The notes: generated by a model from the letters alone, not told the origin. Positions 18,693-29,830 are shown, counted from the stretch's first letter. The stretch is 64,000 nt of DNA from an uncultured Planctomycetaceae bacterium (GCA_963813715.1 CAWFAK010000007.1:864001-928000), one strand, 5' to 3'. Numbers and translations are program-made.

Positions 18693-19787
18693 ATGCACGA
18701 AGCAATTAGAGAATTCGGATGCCGCCGCGAAATGACTACGGGTCGGCAACCTCCATACGTAGATTTGCCGGGATTTGTATCGTTCGAGCCTTCATGGATG
18801 GAATTCAGTCGGCGACACCCCGAATGGCTACGGAAGCGACAGTCCGAAAGCGATGTCGTCTATCGGCTCCCTGAGGCCGTGCTCAGCTTGCTCGGGGCCG
18901 ATCTGAAGCTCGATCGACGCGACCTGACTGCAGAAGCAGCATTCGATCGGCTCTGCCTTCGCGTTAAAGCCGTCGCCGTTTGGAACAATCGACCGATTCC
19001 GTACCGTTGGTTGCTTCCAACACCCGCCCCGATCCCCCAGCCGCAGATTGAGGGGATGACTTCGCTCGGGCTGACGCCGGAACAAGTCCGGAGGGTGCCC
19101 GAGGTGCTGCAGCGTATGGGCGACATGTCGGAGAGGTCGCAGAGTATCGCCGGTCGTCGAATCTCTGACCCCCAGTTTCTTGCCGCGTGCGATCACCTGC
19201 GCCATGACTGGAACTCGCTTGCCGATGCCGAGCGGCCTGAGCTTCCCCTCTCGCGGACGCAAAAGTGTGAAGCAGAGGCCGATTGGTCTAGGGCGGATGG
19301 CGCGCCAGATGCGATGGGCGAATTCTGCGGCAAATTTGAAGACTTTTGCCGCCGTTGGGGCCTGCTGGGGATGGCGACCTGGGATCTGCCGGATCCAGGA
19401 GAGCTCATGTGGCCGGACTTGACTCAGCGTCCACAGTTGAGTCGTGCCGACGAGGTCACCTTTCGAACGCCTCTGGATTTTCCCATGCTGGAGAGCGATG
19501 GGCTGGGGGAAATCGCGCGCGATCAGCATGCAGCATCTGCCAACAAGGCCGGGATTGTCGATCTGAGGCGGTGGGAGACGTACGCTCGTTTCCTCGAGAT
19601 CGATCATTGGGAGCGAGTTCTCAGGACAAGGTATACGGGCGGCGAGCGTCCCCGGAATTACGTCACCTTCCTTGAGGCAACAATCGGCAAGATCGTCGAT
19701 CTCGACGTTGAGCGTGTGCACAAGCTTCGGAAGTGGATGCGCGCACTGAAATCCGGACGGCGGACGAACCTGGCTTCTTGTCGCTAA
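18693..19787 (+). CDS. Hypothetical protein (element cargo)
   Basis: 364-aa ORF with protein-like composition, co-oriented with xis/int. Confidence 0.65.
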   Translation: MHEAIREFGCRREMTTGRQPPYVDLPGFVSFEPSWMEFSRRHPEWLRKRQSESDVVYRLPEAVLSLLGADLKLDRRDLTAEAAFDRLCLRVKAVAVWNNRPIPYRWLLPTPAPIPQPQIEGMTSLGLTPEQVRRVPEVLQRMGDMSERSQSIAGRRISDPQFLAACDHLRHDWNSLADAERPELPLSRTQKCEAEADWSRADGAPDAMGEFCGKFEDFCRRWGLLGMATWDLPDPGELMWPDLTQRPQLSRADEVTFRTPLDFPMLESDGLGEIARDQHAASANKAGIVDLRRWETYARFLEIDHWERVLRTRYTGGERPRNYVTFLEATIGKIVDLDVERVHKLRKWMRALKSGRRTNLASCR

Positions 19788-19950
19788 GCCACTGCTGCAA
19801 TTGGGCTTAGTAGAGGGGCGCGCGGCAGCACCAAGCGCGCCCGGCTTTTCCCGCCCGATCGCTCAGACTGCCGCTGCCTAACACGTGCGGGCGAACTCGT
19901 CGCATCAGCGACGAGCGTCCGGCAACACACACGTGTCGGCGGTGGGACCT

Positions 19951-20195
19951 ATGCCGAGACCGCGCGGAGCATCGTTACTCGAGAGGCGATTGCCGAAGCG
20001 TTCGCCAAGGCGGGGCAGGCCGATCACCTGGTTATCTCTCCCGAAGAGCTCGCGGCAATTGTCGGCCTCAAGAAGAAGACCATTTACGTCTGGATTGCGC
20101 AGGGGCGTCTCGACGGATCGTTCACCAAAGTCGGCAAGCACATTCTGATCTGGCGCGACAAGGCGATTGACACTCTCTTTAACAGCCCGAAATAG
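19951..20195 (+). CDS. Excisionase-like HTH DNA-binding protein (frameshift near 19977)
   Basis: Manual translation REAIAEAFAKAGQADHLVISPEELAAIVGLKKKTIYVWIAQGRLDGSFTKVGKHILIWRD, directly upstream of the integrase. Confidence 0.8.
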
Positions 20196-20209
20196 GAGCC
20201 CAAAAGGAA

Positions 20210-21342
20210 ATGCAAGAAGACAGAGACATCGTCGGCAACCGAGTGCGGATCTACCCGCGCGGAATCAAACGAATCTACTGCGCCGACTTCTGGCACGAGG
20301 GCAAACACTGCCGAGTCTCGTTGAAGACGCGAAACCGCAAGGTGGCCGTCGAACGCGCGGTTGCTTTGGCAAACGCGTTGCAGGAAGGAACCTATCAAAG
20401 CCGAGGGCCGGAAGTGACCATTGCCGTAGCGAAAGACTCATTCCTCGCCTTCGTGGCCATGGAAGGTCGGGCTTTAAAGACTCGCACGCGCTACGCGACC
20501 ACGTTGCGAACGTTTCAGACCTTTTGTGAATCGCGGAAAATCATGCGGCTTTCAAAGGTGACGCCTCTCGTCGTGGACGCGTACCGGGCCGAGCGAAGAA
20601 AAACTTGCAGTCCATCAACGGTCTTTATCGAGACGGTGGTCGCCAAGCAGCTCTTACGCTGGTGTCATAGCCGGCGACTGATCGCGGTGAATCCCTTGGC
20701 CAGCTACAGGGTCCCAAAGGTCATTTCCAAGAAGCGGTCCTCACCGAGCCTTGAAGACGTGCAAGCGATCCTTTCGGGCTCACGTCCCCGTCTTCAGCGA
20801 ATCTTGGGTACTCTGGCTTTCGCAGGTCTTCGGATCGGGGAATTGCGTCAGTTACGCGTCGAAGACGTCGATCTTGCCGATGGTTGGATCCGTGTCGAAT
20901 CACGTGAAGGTGCGGAAACCAAAACGCATCGCTCGAGAAAGATTCCGATTCACCCAGTCCTTCGCGAGATCCTCAAGGAGCAGAGTCGACAGGGCATTGG
21001 TTCTTCAAGACCGAGCGGGGTGGGGACACTCGTGAAGGTAGTCACCCAATCGCGCCAAACAAGATCAACAAGCAGTTCCAGAAAGTCGCCGCAGCAATTG
21101 GCCTGCCTGTGGGCCTCAAGGACAACGGGTACACCATCCACTCACTACGGCACTTTTTCGAGACCTTCACCGTCAACAGCCGAATTCCACAGCCTGTTGT
21201 CGATACTTGGATGGGTCATCAAGGCGTCCGCTCGATGGGCAAGGTGTATTACGAGCTCGCTGATGCTGAGTCCCAACGATTCATGCGGGAAGTGTCGTTC
21301 TCGCTCAAGACCACCGCGTGCGCCTCAGGCACGCAAGTCTAA
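20210..21342 (+). CDS. Tyrosine recombinase/integrase (frameshift near 20993)
   Basis: Arm-binding N-terminus (RVSLKTRNRKVA), AGLRIGEL and TKTHRSR. In the second frame: HSLRHFF, WMGHQ and catalytic Tyr in KVYY. Confidence 0.9.
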
Positions 21343-22004
21343 CCTCAAAACAGAAGGGTTTCCGCCAATGTGCAATCAACTTCGCCGACGCCATCCAATG
21401 CTCAGTCAGCAGATCGCGGCTGGCCTGGCGCTGTTCGCGATGACCGTCATAATGTCCGGCGTCGCAAGTCGGACCGCCGCAGCCGCCCTGGACAAATCCT
21501 GGACAACCGGGGGGCACGCAAAAAACCAAGGCTCGCAAGGTGTTCGACGTTCAGCACTTACGATCATCGGCTCTTTGCGGGCTGAGAGTAGTGAAAAAGG
21601 ATCCCCACCACCAGCAGAGATCCTTTTTTCGTCCCCGGCGGGGATCTTCCCCACCAGCCAAAGCGGGTCCAATCACGATCCGTGTCCCGTCCCGCGAGGG
21701 CGCTGGGTCAACTACTTATTGAAAGAATGTGTCCCGACCCACCGGACAGTCTCTTTTCGCCTCCCGCCCGACGAGACGCACGCCGACCGTCTCCGGCGCG
21801 GGGCCAATACTCGACGCTACCACGCGTAATTCAATGCGCGGAGCCCGAGTTTCTACGCCCGCATAAACAATAAACAAGTTGAGAAATTGCTGGCCGATCG
21901 CTGGCAAGCACGGATCCGAGACATCACGAAGGCGGGTCCGTGAGAGAATGAAATACGCAGTCGAGCCGCAATACAATTGAGTCGCCTATCCAGGAGCAAC
22001 GAAC

Positions 22005-24035
22005 ATGACGAGCGAATTTCGGCTGGCTGCCCTCGCGATCGTTTTGACCTTGTTTCAGAGTTGTCGGCCTACCGACGCCGATGACGTGTACGCGGTGCCG
22101 AACGAGGAGCGGCTCAAGAGGGCGATCAAGGAAACGATTAAGCCGAAGGCCGCCGTTCAGAAACCATTGGCCGTCGGCGCAGATGCCCTGCTCGCCTGGT
22201 CCAAACCTGTCAACGGGCTAGCAGCAAGAATCGAGTATGTCTTTTGGGCGGACGCCTTCTTCGTGCGTCTCAAAAACGTCGGTGATCGGCCCTTGAGCGT
22301 GCCGACGGGGAATCCCGCTGACCCGAAGGCGGCTCCGTTGTTTGAGGTCTACGCGCAGCAGGGGTCGACGCCGTGGCGATCGATCACCGGGCCGACCAGA
22401 TATGGCAGGTACTTCAGCAATCCTGACGGCGACGAAATCGAGCGTGTCGCTGCGCGCGAGAAAGGACGCGAAGGACAACGAACCCCAAGTGACCGACCGT
22501 GGATAATCCTCGAACCGGGCCAGGATTGCATTGCGTTGGCGACAGGTCGGGATCAGGAAGGAAGCGGAGAGCCAAAGAGCGTCAAAGTGGTCTTGCGGCA
22601 GCCCGATACTGGCGATGCCGGGCGTTGGAGCGGCGTGCTGGAAACCTTGCCGCGGCCTTTGGAATTGGATCTCGAGAAGCGTCGCGCTCTTCGTGGAGCG
22701 GTGCCGTGTCCCGATTACCTTCCGCCATTGAGCTACGACTATTCGGGGTTTGTCGCGATGTCCGGCTCGGAATCAGCCGTGTGGCTTCTGTACCGCAACA
22801 ATCGGCCGCTGATCGAGTTGTTGTCGATTTATGTGCCGGCTGATGTGGGCAAAGAATTCGAGCGGCGGATGCGGGCCGAAAAAGATCGGCCAATGAAGCT
22901 GCTTTTGGCCACCATCGCCGCACCCGCCGGAAGTGAAGAGGCGGCGTTTTACTTTTTGGAGCAGATCAAAGGGACCGACTACCTGATGTGGACGAATGTG
23001 CGCGACGCGTTGCAGTTCACATGCTGGAATTACGGCGTGGGCCCCCGCCAATTGGAAAAAATGGAGCCGCCGGCGTGGCTTGCCGAATTGCTCCTGGCGG
23101 TGTGCTCTGATAACCGCTCGGTAACGGGTTTGGAAAAAACGAACTTCGAGCAGGGAACATCGTTCACCATCGCGAAAGAGTTCGGCATGCTTTCCACGCT
23201 CGTCGGCTGGAAATTTCGCGGTGTCGTGCCGCTCTTGAACAAGCGGGTCGAGAGTGACAACGCGGATTGGCGCGCGTGGAGCGATCTGGCCCAGTTCGGC
23301 GACAAGCGCGCGATACCCGGCCTGATCGGATCGTTGAATGCCCTTGCGAAAACCGGTCGGTTGAGCGACGAGTCACGGTTGGACGAGGGATTCGACCAAT
23401 GTGCTTCCGCGTTGGCCGAGTTGAAAGCGCGTGACGCTGTCCCGGTCCTGCTGAATTTCATCGAATTTCCCGGAATCATCGGCGATCTCGCCCAGATTGG
23501 TGATGAGCGAATCGTACCCGCGCTGCGCGATCTTATTGCGGCCAATGGCCGTATCACTCGGGATGGCAAACGGGTGGACCCCGAGCAGGAACCAGAGCGG
23601 CTTTTTGCCGCCAGATTGGCATTGGCTCGGTTCGACCCTCAAGATGAAGCGATCCATCTCGGTAACATGCTCAACGACTCGAACACGCTCCATCGCCACG
23701 ACGTGTTCTACCGCTTGGAACGCCTGTCCGACCCGCGGGTGATCCCCATTCTGGTCAACTTAGTCAAAACGGACTCCGATCATTGGATGATCACTATGTC
23801 CATCAGTGATCTTGGCCGGCGAAAACGTAAAGCCGCCGTCGAAGGGCTGATCGAATGTTTCGATCGGCAGTTCAAGGAGGAGTACTTCGGGAAGGGCGAA
23901 CACGTGACGCCAGCCACATATCCGAATCTCATCGCGAGCAGCCTGCAACAGATCACCGGCCAGTCCTTTGGCAGCGATAAACAGCAGTGGCTCAGGTGGT
24001 GGCAGAAAGAGCGACAAAGCACCAGTCTAAAGTGA
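22005..24035 (+). CDS. Exported HEAT-repeat protein
   Basis: AGGAG RBS; signal peptide; HEAT-like repeats LAQFGDKRAIPGLI, LAELKARDAVPVLL, LAQIGDERIVPALR, LSDPRVIPILV. Confidence 0.8.
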   Translation: MTSEFRLAALAIVLTLFQSCRPTDADDVYAVPNEERLKRAIKETIKPKAAVQKPLAVGADALLAWSKPVNGLAARIEYVFWADAFFVRLKNVGDRPLSVPTGNPADPKAAPLFEVYAQQGSTPWRSITGPTRYGRYFSNPDGDEIERVAAREKGREGQRTPSDRPWIILEPGQDCIALATGRDQEGSGEPKSVKVVLRQPDTGDAGRWSGVLETLPRPLELDLEKRRALRGAVPCPDYLPPLSYDYSGFVAMSGSESAVWLLYRNNRPLIELLSIYVPADVGKEFERRMRAEKDRPMKLLLATIAAPAGSEEAAFYFLEQIKGTDYLMWTNVRDALQFTCWNYGVGPRQLEKMEPPAWLAELLLAVCSDNRSVTGLEKTNFEQGTSFTIAKEFGMLSTLVGWKFRGVVPLLNKRVESDNADWRAWSDLAQFGDKRAIPGLIGSLNALAKTGRLSDESRLDEGFDQCASALAELKARDAVPVLLNFIEFPGIIGDLAQIGDERIVPALRDLIAANGRITRDGKRVDPEQEPERLFAARLALARFDPQDEAIHLGNMLNDSNTLHRHDVFYRLERLSDPRVIPILVNLVKTDSDHWMITMSISDLGRRKRKAAVEGLIECFDRQFKEEYFGKGEHVTPATYPNLIASSLQQITGQSFGSDKQQWLRWWQKERQSTSLK

Positions 24036-24884
24036 AGGGGCTTGCGAAATTCGCGAAGTTGCCGCCGACCCAGTCATGTCGAACGCGCCCCTGCTTGATC
24101 TCCCAGCGCCGATTCATTTGCTCATCGAGGGGCCGAAGCTCGAGGGCCAAGCCGAACGGCAGAGCCGGATGCTTGGAAAGCATCGCGATGCCCTCGTTCA
24201 GGTCTTTGATCGCCAGGACGACAATTCCGCCCAGGAATTCCTTGGTCTCGGCGAAGGGGCCGTCCGTGACGGTGACCTGGCCGCCTTTGGCCCGCAATGT
24301 CTTCGCGGTGCGTGCGCTCTTCAGTCCGATGCCGCTCAGCCATTGTCCGTTTTTGACGCGAGTCTCGTCGAAGGCGATGCAACTCTTGAACATCGCCGCG
24401 CGCTCGTCCTCTGAAATCGCGCCCCAGCCGTTTTCATCGAGATAACCCAGGCTCGCGAATCTCACCGATTGCGGATCAATGGCGGGCGCGCTGGGCGCAA
24501 CGCTGCAAGGGAGGCCGTCTGACGCTGGAGCGATTCTTCGTCGATCGGCCGAATCTCGAACGTCGCGCCGTAATGCAGGCCGGGATGCTTCGAGACCAGC
24601 TCGACAGCCCGCGCCATGTCATCGGCTTCCAAAACCGCGACGCCGCCAAGTTGCTCCTTCGTTTCGGCAAAGGGGCCATCGGTCACAAGCACTTTGCCCT
24701 TGTGCCACCGCACGGTTTTGGCCGTTGGGCTCGGCTGCAAGGCCATTCCCTCGCTTCCGAAGTGTCCCTCCTTGATCATCTTGCCGTCGTAAGCGAAGCA
24801 CTCCTCCATCATTGCGTCCTGCTCGGCTTTCGACATCGCAGTCCAATTGTTCTTCTGACTGTAGCCCAAGAAGGCGAACTTCAT
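23992..24884 (-). CDS. YciI/DGPF-domain protein, two tandem domains (probably one frameshifted gene)
   Basis: Both ORFs contain TDGPFAETKE; linker APAIDPQS is in frame with the second domain; AGGAG RBS before ATG 24884. Confidence 0.85.
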
Positions 24885-24946
24885 CGGTGGCTCCTGATTG
24901 CGCCGTGCTGAAAATGCGTTCAAACGCGTTAGATGCCCGCCCTCTA

Positions 24947-24973
24947 GTCGAATGGCGCGAAGTGAGATCGACA
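24947..24973 (-). promoter_or_regulatory. Putative ECF42-type promoter
   Basis: TGTCGA-N17-CGAC upstream of a DGPF gene. ECF42 sigma factors are known to target DGPF genes through TGTCGA/CGA(T)C motifs. Confidence 0.55.
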
Positions 24974-25018
24974 TCCCCGGAGGGATTTTATGCGTTTCTA
25001 CCATTTTTGAACGCGCAA

Positions 25019-25053
25019 GAAAAAACGGCTGGCCGGGGTTCCGGTCAGCCGTT
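25019..25053 (-). terminator. Intrinsic terminator downstream of the hsp20 pair
   Basis: AACGGCTGACCGG-aacc-CCGGCCAGCCGTT followed by a T run on the minus strand. Confidence 0.7.
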
Positions 25054-25226
25054 GGTTGAACGATGCGTGGCGCGCTTGTGGCTGCCCCGCGACTGACCCC
25101 TCCCTGGGTCAGTCGTTGCGGTGAGGCGTCACGCCGATTTCTTCAGGGTGATTTTCTCTCGGGTCGCCGTTGCCGACGAACCCGAGACTCATTCAGGACC
25201 GATGTTGGCTCCGAGCTGACGGCACC

Positions 25227-25604
25227 TTATCGCGCGACGACGTTGATCTTCTGCCGCGCCGACCGCGCTGTCTTCGGCAGCTTGAGCTGCAACACGCCGT
25301 CTTTGACGCTGGCTTCGATGCCGTCGCGGCTGACGTCGTCCGACAGCGTGAAGGTTCGCTCGAAATTGCCGACGCCGTATTCCGTCTGGTACGGCGTGAA
25401 GCCCTCGAACGTCGTCGGTTCGACGGTCCCGCGGATCGTCAGCACGTTCTTGTCCAAAGTCACATCGAGATGCGTCTCGTCGACGCCCGGAACGTCGGCC
25501 CACACGACCACTTCGCTCGGGCCGTCCACAATGTCGACCGCCGGGCGATAAACGGGCCGTTGCTCGGTGCCGTTGCTGCCCGCACAGCGTTGTGTCTGGT
25601 TCAT
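25227..25604 (-). CDS. Hsp20/alpha-crystallin small heat-shock protein
   Basis: PAVDIVD, ADVPGV, FERTFTL, ASVKDGVLQLKLPK. Confidence 0.95.
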   Translation of the reverse strand: MNQTQRCAGSNGTEQRPVYRPAVDIVDGPSEVVVWADVPGVDETHLDVTLDKNVLTIRGTVEPTTFEGFTPYQTEYGVGNFERTFTLSDDVSRDGIEASVKDGVLQLKLPKTARSARQKINVVAR

Positions 25605-25727
25605 GGATTGGCTCCTAATCGTTGATTCGTTTCGCGGATAAATGCGTGATGATTTCCTAGGGAGGGTTGATCAGCGCGGCTCCATCGGCCGCCGTCGAAT
25701 CAGCGCGGCCCGATCAGCCGCTGCCAA

Positions 25728-26165
25728 TCAGCCCGCCTTGATCGTCAGCTTCGTGGGCTCGTGCTCAGGAGTGCGGGCGAGCTTCAGCGTCAGCAGCCCC
25801 TTCTCATAGACGGCTTCGCACTTGTCGGCGTCGACGTCGAAGGGCAACTCGATGGTGCGGCGGAACGGCTCGAACCAGCGTTCGCGGCGGACGTACGATT
25901 CCTCGCGCGTCTCGGGAGCCGCCGCTCGCTGACCGGTGATCGTCACCGAGTTCTTGTCGACGTGCACTTCCAACTGGGACGCATCGATGCCCGGCAGCTC
26001 GGCCGTCAGAGTGAGGCCTTGCTCGTTCTGCAGCGCATTGATGGCGGGAAAGCTCGCGCCGCTGCGAACATGCGGCCACCAATTCCCGTTCGACAACTGA
26101 TCCAACTCAACCTTAAGGCGATTCATGTCACGCCAGGGATTCCAGACAGTTCTCATTCGGCTCAT
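25728..26165 (-). CDS. Hsp20/alpha-crystallin small heat-shock protein
   Basis: FPAIN, AELPGID, RRERWFEPFRRTIELP, AVYEKGLLTLKL; GGAGGA RBS. Confidence 0.95.
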   Translation of the reverse strand: MSRMRTVWNPWRDMNRLKVELDQLSNGNWWPHVRSGASFPAINALQNEQGLTLTAELPGIDASQLEVHVDKNSVTITGQRAAAPETREESYVRRERWFEPFRRTIELPFDVDADKCEAVYEKGLLTLKLARTPEHEPTKLTIKAG

Positions 26166-26239
26166 CTTGTGATCCTCCCTTTCTTGGTCGGCGGCCCGGG
26201 TCATTTCGACCGACGGCGCCATCGCTCACGCTTCTAAAA

Positions 26240-26255
26240 AGCAAGGGCTATACCA
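26240..26255 (-). promoter_or_regulatory. Putative sigma-54 promoter of the hsp20 operon
   Basis: tGGtatagcccttGCt on the minus strand = GG-N10-GC. Confidence 0.6.
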
Positions 26256-26378
26256 ATCGAACGGCGCGAATGATTCGAAAACAGACAATGATCGCAAATC
26301 GATACGCGCAAATAACTTGCTTCCAGAGAAATCGGTCAGAATTGAATTGAAATCGGGCGAGTAGCAGTCCCGTCCTAA

Positions 26379-26442
26379 TGCCATATTGGCAGCACAAAAG
26401 CCATGGCACTTTTTGACACAATCCACGTATGCCAAATTGGCA
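26379..26442. promoter_or_regulatory. Paired palindromic boxes, candidate enhancer (UAS) for a sigma-54 activator
   Basis: TGCCA-tat-TGGCA (26379-26391) and TGCCA-aat-TGGCA (26430-26442), 125-190 nt upstream of the -24/-12 site. Confidence 0.5.
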
Positions 26443-26691
26443 CAACCGAAAATCGCGTCCCCATCAGCGCGCGACCGGACGCGCCGTTCTCTTCTCAATC
26501 GGGGCGTCCGATCAGCACGTTTTTTCCGCGGGCGACGGGCGAACTCTTCGCTTCGCAGGCGAACTTCACCATTCCCGCCGCGCGCCACCGGCAGCTTGGG
26601 CCGATGTTGAAGACGTGCGGCACCGGAGAAGGGATTCTCCACCGAGATCCCGGCCCTTGGGCGACTCGCGGTGCCGAGATTGGCGTGCCCC

Positions 26692-27958
26692 ATGACGGGT
26701 TTTGCCGGTTCGCGTTCGCTCGATGAGCGTCGACGGCGGCGTCTGGCCACCGGTGCCGAAACCGTCGCGCTCGAGACCGTCGCTGAACCGGCGCCTCGAC
26801 GCGCCGCTCCCGCCAAAGTCAAACAAAAGCGTCGCAGCCCGTCCCACTTTCCCCTGCGAAAAGTGATCTCCGCCCGTTACTGGAAACTGGCCGCGATCGT
26901 GCTGTGTGCCGCGCTGGCCGGCGTCGCCATTCTGGGCGGCGGCTGGGCGGCCGCGAATTACGGACAGCAGCTTGGTCCCGGCTTCGTGTTGTTGTTCGGG
27001 TTGGATGCGGCCCGGCTCGTGCGCAGGATTCGCCGCCGTCGGGCTGTTGCTGGCCGGCCAGCTGGCCCTCTTGATCAGTTGGGCCCGCTCGCAGAGCCTG
27101 CAGGACTTTAATGGCCGCTATCGAGGTTGGGTCTTCTGCGCACTCTTGGCGTTCGTCGCTGCGTTCGGCATGCAGACGCAGCTCGCCGCCGCCTGGAGCG
27201 CAACGGCCGGCTGGCTTTGGACAGCTCAATTCGCCCACAAGGCGACGCTGCTCTGGCTGATCCCGACCGCCTGCTGCGGAATCTTCGTGCACGGCTATTG
27301 CGTGCGCGAGATGCGCGATTGCCGCGTGAGCCTGACGCTCGCCTGGCTGACGTTCGTGCTGGGCGGCGGCGTGACGGGAATTGTGCTTGCCCGCCCCTTG
27401 CCCTGGCCCACGCCGCAGGCACGCCTGATCGAGTGCGGGGTGGCACTCTTGTTCGTCGTCTGTGCGTTCGCCAGCGCGCTCTTTCACGCGCGGCACGTCG
27501 TTTATGTCTGCGTCGATCCGCCGGCTATCCGACCGTCCCGCTCGCTGGCGGTGCTCAAATTGTTCCGGCTGTGGGCTCTGTTCAAGTTCAACCGCTCCGG
27601 CTCAACAAAGAAGAGCAGTAAGACGGCCGAGCGAGAAACGGTCAAAGCCCTCAAGCGACGTACGCCCAAGCGCACGAAGCCTCTCCGCCGCAAACCGAGC
27701 GAAGACGAATCGGACAATCCGCCGACCGCCCCGCAGTCTGTACCGAGCACCGCCCGAAAGCCGACCCCCGTCGTCCGCGAAGACGAGTCCGAAGAGGGTG
27801 ATGCGGAGGAAGACGAGACAACATCGAGCGAGGCAGACTCCACCGCGAGCCGTAGCGACAACCCGGGCAGCCAGTTTGCCGGCATGAGCCGCCGCGAGCG
27901 TCGTCTCCTCAAAAAGCAGATGCGCACCGAACCTACGCAACTGCGCCGCTCCGCCTGA
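26692..27958 (+). CDS. Multi-TM membrane protein with charged C-terminal tail (frameshift near 27025)
   Basis: ORFs 26671-27111 and 26906-27958 join into a protein with about 7 TM segments. Confidence 0.65.
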
Positions 27959-28170
27959 TTTCGCCGGCACTCCCAAGCACGGTTCCGCAATGGCGTGCAC
28001 CCGCGCCGAGGAGCTGCCGCAGGCACCGGGTCCAGGGCTACGGCCCTGGTTGACGGGAGTGCACGTTGCCCGCAGAATGCTCGGTAACTTCACGGTCGGC
28101 AATCTGGCCGGGGATTTGATCCTCGGCTCTATGATTCTCACCACGCACACTCAGCTCGTCGAGACGCTTT

Positions 28171-29018
28171 ATGTCGCAATCGGATTGGCCGCAAGAGGGT
28201 CGACGCCCGGAAAACTCGGACCGTTTCGGCCAGCGCCCGCCCGACGATTGGGGTGGCGCGCCTGCTCCGCCCAGCGGCATGAGCGGCGGCATGAAAGCCT
28301 GCCTGATCGTGATTTGCGTGGTGGGCTTTTGCTGCGTCGTGTGTTGCGGCGTCTTCGGCTACGTCTTTTATACGATCGGCAAATCGATCACCGCGCCGAT
28401 CGCTTCCAAGAATCCTGCCGAAGTCAAAGCCGGCCTCGACGACATTTGCAAGATCACGCTGCCTCCCGGTTTGGAGCCTAAGAGCGTGACGAAGATCGAT
28501 AACTTCGTCTTCTCGACGATCGCCGTCGAGTGCGAAAACCCGGGGCATGCCAGCCTGATGATGCTGCAGATGCACACCAAAATGGGGAGCAGCGACTCCA
28601 TGGCACCCGTTCGGCAGCAGTTCGAGCAAAAGCGAGTCACCCACGTTACCAACGGCGGCCCGATGACTAACACGAAGATCGAGACAAGAGTTCTCAAGAT
28701 CAAGGGGCAGGACTGCACCTTCACGTTCACGAAGAGCGAGCCCGCGGCGGGCAAAGGCGCGAAGGACGGAGCAGGGGGTAAGGCCGGCGCAGACAAGGCA
28801 GCTGGAGATAAGGGTGGCCAACTGACAAGGCTGGGGCTGGCAAGGCCGGCGCCGGCAAGGGCGAAGTCGCCGGCGCCAAAAAACCCAGCAGCCGGAGCGA
28901 GCGGGAAAGCATTTACGGCGACTTTGACGGCAAGGATGGCCTGGTGCTCATCTCGATCGATTTCGATGACACCTACAAAGAGGCCGACATCGTCAAAATG
29001 CTGGAGTCAATTCAATAG
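28171..29018 (+). CDS. Single-TM hypothetical protein with Cys-rich TM segment (frameshifts in the 3' part)
   Basis: GMKACLIVICVVGFCCVVCCGVFGY; C-terminus ...DFDGKDGLVLISIDFDDTYKEADIVKMLESIQ* is in another frame. Confidence 0.65.
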
Positions 29019-29586
29019 AAGCCGACTCGACCGCATCCGGCTCGGCAGCCGCCGCTGGGTCGACGTCCGTCTCCGATTCGGCCGACGAAAAAATTCCGTC
29101 GAGCGCGATCGCGCGAACGAATTGCCCGCCGCTCTGGTACGAACCGTCGCGGCGGAAGCGGCACCAGCGGAGCAGCGCGAGCAGCCCCTCCACCGTCGAG
29201 GTCGCTTCGTCGCGAAACTGCACGATCACTTTCCGTGATGCCAGCGGCTGCGCGTGGCAGAAGGAAAAGCCCGAGAGGGACAGATCGCGCCCCTGGGCCA
29301 CGAACGTCCGCCCCGCGGCGCCGTCGCCCAAGTCGTCGAGCGGCGTGATCAACAGCGGCTTGTCGTAGGCGACGCGATGCCAGCGCCGCGAGTGCAGCGA
29401 GCCGAAGCTGGCGTGCCAGCTGGCGACAACGCCTCCCGTGAACAAACAGTCCATCTCGGGAATCCGCTGCAGCACATCCAGCACGCGCGGGTCGGGCACG
29501 GCGGCAGTGCGTTCTGAGGGGGCCGACGGCAGGGAGGCGGTGGCGTGCGCACACGCTTCCACCGGTTCGAGCAATGCCTCAAGCAT
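28993..29586 (-). CDS. PilZ-domain protein (c-di-GMP-binding motifs)
   Basis: RRWHR (RxxxR) and DLSLSG (DxSxxG). Confidence 0.75.
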   Translation of the reverse strand: MLEALLEPVEACAHATASLPSAPSERTAAVPDPRVLDVLQRIPEMDCLFTGGVVASWHASFGSLHSRRWHRVAYDKPLLITPLDDLGDGAAGRTFVAQGRDLSLSGFSFCHAQPLASRKVIVQFRDEATSTVEGLLALLRWCRFRRDGSYQSGGQFVRAIALDGIFSSAESETDVDPAAAAEPDAVESASIELTPAF

Positions 29587-29830
29587 CAGGCGGCCCCGGG
29601 CGACGCTTTCGCGGCGCCAGACTCGCGCAACACGACCTCGACAAGCCTAGGTCACGCTTTGGGCCGGTCAAATCGATTCCGGCGCTGGTCAGGCGCGCCC
29701 GGACCGGCCATAAACCTTTGGCCGCAAATTATTGGAAATGCTAAAAATTTGCTTTTTACTCTTGCGTTAGGAATTGCGCATTGAGATGCTAAGGAAACAG
29801 CGGGCCGTCCGATTTCAAAGTGGGGCAGTC

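Larger units (their letters stand above)
13399..21342. mobile_element. Putative integrative element/genomic island carrying the ubiquitin-like operon (boundaries approximate)
   Basis: Co-oriented cargo genes ending in an excisionase-like HTH gene and a tyrosine integrase. No att duplication could be identified by eye. Confidence 0.55.

Noticed and set aside
20210..21829. 539-aa integrase with a long C-terminal extension
   Set aside because: The catalytic HxxR/H/Y residues are in the 21109-21342 frame; the extension is frameshift read-through.
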